From Macrostomum lignano (taxonomy: Eukaryota), in assembly GCA_002269645.1 (NCBI GenBank), contig NIVC01000023.1:1426001-1490000 (forward strand): 64,000 bases of DNA, written 5' to 3'. Both the position numbers and the translations under genes were made by a program. Every line of letters starts with the position of its first letter. Within the stretch, counting starts at the first letter, position 1. Below, in pieces: positions 58,643-64,000 of the stretch. The notes below the pieces were generated by a model, which saw nothing but the letters and a program-made list of their open reading frames with translations, did no database searches and was not told where the DNA came from.

Positions 58643-61600
58643 TGTTGAAAAAGTAATGTAAATTGTATCTATGCTAATTATAGTAACTCTCCTTAGATTC
58701 CCCAATTCTAGAACTTTCTAGAACGATACTGTATAAGTTCGTCAATGCCTGAAACTAAAGCGATTAAATCAACCTTTGGCTCCATCCTCTCCTAACTTTC
58801 CCCTTTTGCTCGTTGACTAAGAACTATACTCGATCAGCTACACCACTGCGTTTAAAAAGCCAACAGGTTATGAGTCCAGCCCAGCACACTTCCACTGCGC
58901 GTAAGTGGTAGCTGATACAGAAGCCTCGCTCAGACGGAAAATAGGCTTGTTCTCGACACGAACTTTCCGAAGAAATGGCGGATGATAAGTTTCCAGTCGA
59001 CAAGCTGGGAAGCGGAAACTGGACTACCTGGAAGATCCAGATCAAGTTATGTCTTATAGCGAGGAAGCTCTGGGGAGTCGTCGACGGTTCCGTAATTCTC
59101 GCAGAGTATGCCACTCAGGAGCAAGAAAACGAATTTCGAGAGCAGCAACAGAGAGCTGCTGCAGTGATCGTTCTGTCAATCGAGAAAGAGCTCATCTATC
59201 TAATAACTTCGTGTGGCGAAGATCCACATCGGATGCGGCAATCCCTCAAACAGTAATTCGAACGAGATTCAACCGCCAATAAGATCTACGTATTTGAAGA
59301 AACAGCTTTTCCGGCTGCAGATGAGTGAAGGGACCCGCGTACAGGAGCATATGCGCCATATGAAGGAGCCGACCGACAAACTGGCCTCTATCAACTCACC
59401 TGTCAGTGAAGAGGACCAAGTGGTCATGCTGCTAAGCAGCCTGCCTGAGAGCTACTCTATCTTGGTTACTGCCTTGGAAGCTCTCGGTGATGATCTTACT
59501 CTGCCGATGGTTCACCAAGCACTCATCAACGAGGAGCAAAAGCGAAATGAATTAGGTGAGCGAGTGTCTGGTGATACACAGGGTGGAGAGTTTGCACTGA
59601 AGATCAAAAAAGGCCAAGGTCTGCCGCGTCGTGTTGTCAAATGTTTCAATTGCGGAAAGATGGGTCACTTTGCTCGAGACTGTCGTTCAGAAGGAGCGAA
59701 AAAGTTCGTCAAGGACCACACCGACAAACCTGCACGGTATGTCGCCAAAACAGCCGATGGTGCTGCTACCCAGGACATCGCCGAAACCTCGCTTGATAAC
59801 GACGCACCTAAAAGCTGCCACGAGACATTCTTTATGTCGCTTGCGAAGACCAGCTCTGACATATCCACCTGGATAATTGACTCTGGAGCGTTCTGCCACA
59901 TGACATACTCTAGAGAGCTACTAGTCAACTATAAGCAGTTTGGACGACCTGAAAGGTTCAGCCTAGGTGATGGTCGAACAGTCGAGGCCTGCGGCAGTGG
60001 TCAGGTAAAACTCATTATGCTCCTGCCACATGGCAAGCGTTTCAAGACAGTTATAACAGATGTACTTCTAGTGCCTCAACTGTCGTGCAATCTGTTTAGT
60101 GCTCGAGCAGCAGCAGCAAAGGATTAAGTGATACAGTTCGGTCACTCAAAATGCTGGATTCGCAACAAGGCTGAACTCCTTGTTGGAAAGGGATCTGTTG
60201 TTAGCAGAATGTACCAGCTTGACTGTGAAGTAAAATTGCCGGCGAACGCTGGGACAATGGCAACTGCTGATTCCCCAGACACAAGTGCAACTTTATGGCA
60301 CCAGCGTCTTGGTCATGTCAACGAACACCAACTAAATCAAATGAGCAAAGACCAACTCGTGAGCGGCATCTGTAAGTTGCAGACTGCATGTATAGACTTT
60401 TGTGAAGGATGTATCGAGGGAAAAATGCACTGCAAGCCTCATAGGTCGATTTCCAAAATCCGCTCTACCGAAAGGCTACAACTAATTGACAGCGACATGC
60501 GGTCCTATGCAAACAGAGTCATTTAATGGAAACAAGTACTTTGTCACCTTTATTGATGACTACTCACGCTGCGTTAAGATTTTCTTCATGCAACAAAGCT
60601 CAGAAGTGCTTGATAAGTTTAAGAAGTTTGAGGCCATGGTTGCAACAGAAGCAGGACTCAAACTCAAAGCATTGCAAACTGACGGCGGCGGAGAGTATGC
60701 ATCAAGTCAATTTACAAAATTCCTGGAGCAGAAGGGCATTCGGCATGAGACTACCGTGGCTCATACACTTCAGCAAAATGACGTTGCCGAACGGATGAAT
60801 CGCACCTTCGTTGAATCAGCCCGTACAATGATGGCCTATGCTGGAGTAAGCAACTAGTTCTGGGCAGAAGCAGTAAACACCGCAGCTTATGTGCAAAATA
60901 GAGTCGTGACGAGTGCTCTTACTCCGCAAATGACGCCATACCAGAGTTGGTATGGGCGCAAGCTCGACGTTGAGCACTTTCGAGTTTTCGGCTGCGTAGC
61001 CTATGCCCACGTACCAGATGTGAAGCTAAAGAAGCTACACAAGAAGGCCGAAAAGCTATGGTTCGTTGGCTACAATACGGATGGAAGAAGCTACAGACTG
61101 TTTGATGAAAGGTTGAGAAAGACAGTCATCCGCTACGATGTGGTGTTCAACGAGACTTATTTTGGAACCTCAAAAAATGGAACAAGAGACAAGGACGCGA
61201 GCTGGTTCAACTTGGAACTTGATAAGCCCAAATATGACAGAAGAGACACCAGGTCAAGAACAGGAACAATCGGTGTCGACAGAAACTGATCAGAAGCGAT
61301 ATCCTCAACGAGAAAGGAGAGCCCCTGACCGTCTCAAATATGAAGGTGCAAAAGTGGCATCTGAAGCCAAACACTTTGCGTTCAGAATGACCAAAATTAT
61401 CGAACCGAAAACGATTGACGAAGCCCTGAAAGGAGACTATGCAAAGTAATGGAAAGCTGCCGCTGACTCAGAATATAATTCCCTGATGGAGAATGAAACC
61501 TGGGATCTGGTACGACTACCTGAAGGACGTAAGGCAATCGGATGTAAATGGATCTTTAAGGTCAAGTATGACGGTGATGGCAGGGTATATCGTTTTAAGG

Positions 61601-63251
61601 GAAGACTTGTAGCCAAGGGCTATTCACAGAAGTTTGGCATTGATTATGAAGAGACCTTTGCGCCAGTTGTAAAATTCCTATCTGTTCGCGCAATGTTGGC
61701 ATTAGCGGCTAAACATGAATTACACGTTCATCAGATGGACGTTGTAACTGCCTTTTTGAACGGCGAATTGTGCGAAGCAATTTACATGGAGCAGCCACCC
61801 GGTTTCGTCAAGCCAGGAGAGGAAGAGCTGGTCTGCAAGTTAAAGAAGTCGCTTTATGGACCTAAGCAAGCGCCCCGTTGCTGGAACAAAGCCTTTTGCG
61901 ACTACCTAGCCAGAATTAACTTCGACGAAAGCTCAGCCGACAGGAGGATCTCACTACCCTAGCCGTATACGTTGACGACCGAATACTAATTGCGAAGAGT
62001 CTGGTGGAAATACAACAAATCAAGGATGAACTTTCCAAAAGGTTCAAGATGAAAAACATGGGCGAGTTGCACTACTGTCTAGGTGTCAACATCCAAGCAA
62101 ACAAGCAGGAGGACCGCTGTATCAAGCTTAATCAGAAGCAGTACATAACCAAACTGCTTGAACGCTATGGACTTGCAGAGGCGAACCCAGCCCTAACTCC
62201 GATGGATTTCAACGTAAAACTAGCAAAATACAACGAGGGCAGCAAGCCAGTTGACTCAAAAGTTTACCAGTCAATGGTCGGAAGCTTGCTTTATGCAGCA
62301 ACTGCTACGCGTCCAGACATCTCGTATGCAGTGGGAGTTGTTTCTAAGTTCAACAACAAACCAAGAGAAATACATCTAACCGCAGTGAAACGAATCTTCC
62401 GATACCTAAAGGGAACAATCGACTTTGGCCTAGAGTACAACTCTGGTGTAGAGAACTTGATCCACTATTCTGATGCGGACTGGGCGAGTGACGTAGATAA
62501 TCGACATTCCACCTCTGGCATCGTGTTTAAGCTATCGGGTGGCGCTATCAGCTGGCTTAGCAAGAAGCAATCAACCGTCACACTCTCAACAACGGAAGCT
62601 GAGTACGTCGCGCTGAGCTCTGCAGCACAAGAAGCCATGTGGCTGCGGCGGCAACTAAGTGATCTTGAAAGATCAGGATCTGAGCGACACACTGTGATCT
62701 ACGAGGACAACCAAGGAACTATTTATTGCTCTTTCTGAGAATTCTGCTGGAAGCCGACGGACAAAGCACATTGATATCAGACATCATTTAATTCGCGAAG
62801 CCGTCAGCAATGGACTATTCGAGTGCCCTACTGTCCAACTGGCGATATGGTTGCAGATGTGCTTACTAAGCCGTTACCCAAGGACAAGTTCATGCAGCTG
62901 CGAACAATGCTTAGGGTTGTTAAAACGTAACAGAGGAGTCTGAATTTACTGAAATCTTAATCAGAACTTTGTGAAAACTCGACATTTTTTGTAATCGCAT
63001 ACATAAACAATTTCATTAAATGGGATCGTGTTGAAAAAGTAATGTAAATTGTATCTATGCTAATTATAGTAACTCTCCTTAGATTCCCCAATTCTAGAAC
63101 TTTCTAGAACGATACTGTATAAGTTCGTCAATGCCTGAAACTAAAGCGATTAAATCAGCCTTGGGCTCCATCCTCTCTTAACTTTCCCCTTTTGCTCGTT
63201 GACTAAGAAATATACTCGATCAGCTACACTACTGCGTTTAAAAAGCCAACA
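58643..63251 (+). mobile_element. Ty1/Copia LTR retrotransposon, structurally complete, coding region decayed
   Basis: 223-bp LTRs at 58643..58865 and 63029..63251 (TG..CA), TSD CCGGT on both sides, PBS GGTTATGAGTCCAG. Gag, CFNCGKMGHFARDC, IIDSGA, LWHQRLGH, integrase, RT (YVDD) and RNase H (YSDADWA) lie in Copia order. Confidence 0.97.
58975..62930 (+). pseudogene. Copia gag-pol with multiple stops and frameshifts
   Basis: Fragmented across ORFs 58975, 59213, 60128, 60486, 60891, 61138, 61486 and 62004. Confidence 0.9.
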
Positions 63252-64000
63252 CCGGTTACATTCAAGGACAAGACGAGCGCAGTCACCTTCCACGTGGCGG
63301 AGGGCAGCATAAGCCTTCTAGGCCGCCCGGGCTTCCAGCCGTTCGGAGTGACCCTTAATGTCAACCAGCTGCAAGAGGGCGAACTCCAGGTGCATGACAG
63401 CTTCAAGAGCCTGTTCGGACCAGTCTGGCGGGCCAAAGGCATCGTACACAAGCCGAAGCTCAAGTCGGATGATACTTGTACAGTCATCCAAGCACGCCGC
63501 AAGATTCCACTAGCGATGAAGAAGGCGGTCAGGGCAGGACTCAAACGACTGGAGGCCGAGCAGATCATCGACAATGTCGGCGCAAGCGCCTGGGTGAGCA
63601 ACATGGTCATCGCATCAAAGAGCGACGGCAAGATCTGACTGTGCCTTGACCTGCGGGATGGTAACAAAGCAATCATCGCGGATGCCTACCCGACGCCAGC
63701 CATCGACGAACTTGCAGCAGAGTTCAGGGAGTCCAAGGTCTTCTCGAAGCTAGACATGAAGACGGGCTATCTTCAGTTTGAACTGCAAGAGGGCAGCCGA
63801 CACTTGAACGCGTTCATAACGGACGAGGGGCTATACCATTTTCACTGCGTCCCGTTCGGTCTCAGCAGCGCGGCAGGATTCTACCAAAAGCCATGGCCCG
63901 CGAGTTGCAAGAACTCCCAGGAACCGTCAACGCAATCGATGACATCCTATAGTCCACGGCAAGACCCGACAAGAGCGCGACAGCAAACTGCGACGAACGT
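63252..64000 (+). mobile_element. Ty3/Gypsy pol (protease end + RT), decayed; runs off the window
   Basis: PVTFKDKTSAVTFHVAEGSISLLGR; AWVSNMVIASKSDGKI*LCLDLR; FSKLDMKTGYLQ; VPFGLSSA. The frame continues across the Copia TSD (CTT CCG GTT ACA). Confidence 0.9.

Overview
Eukaryotic (metazoan) genomic DNA with spliceosomal genes, GC-rich exons and introns packed with minisatellites and (GACA)n. That style suggests a macrostomid flatworm (inference). Genes reconstructed by hand from splice sites: the last two exons of LAMTOR3/MP1 (+, 1..87 and 7402..7569); an IRBIT/AHCYL-type adenosylhomocysteinase-like gene (-, 8518..18890, first exon not found); an LRIG-like LRR-3xIg-TM gene (-, 26826..45877); a RING/coiled-coil gene (-, 48140..50237); and an unrecognised multi-exon gene (-, ~51.2-53.0 kb). 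Mobile DNA: a full-length, nearly intact APE-RT-RNaseH LINE (LOA/R1-like) inside the LAMTOR3 intronic minisatellite, with ORF1 and ORF2 joined by a TAATG stop-start overlap; an hAT-type MITE; an LTR/PBS remnant; and a nested cluster at 56-64 kb (a Gypsy interrupted by a LINE fragment and a complete but decayed Copia). There is no CRISPR, rRNA or tRNA gene, and I cannot claim a clearly novel system. The best leads are the TAATG-coupled LINE, a two-exon cassette that splits the IRBIT phospho-motif, an orphan gene with a CCAAT/TATA promoter, and a possible nested PGAKA-repeat ORF.
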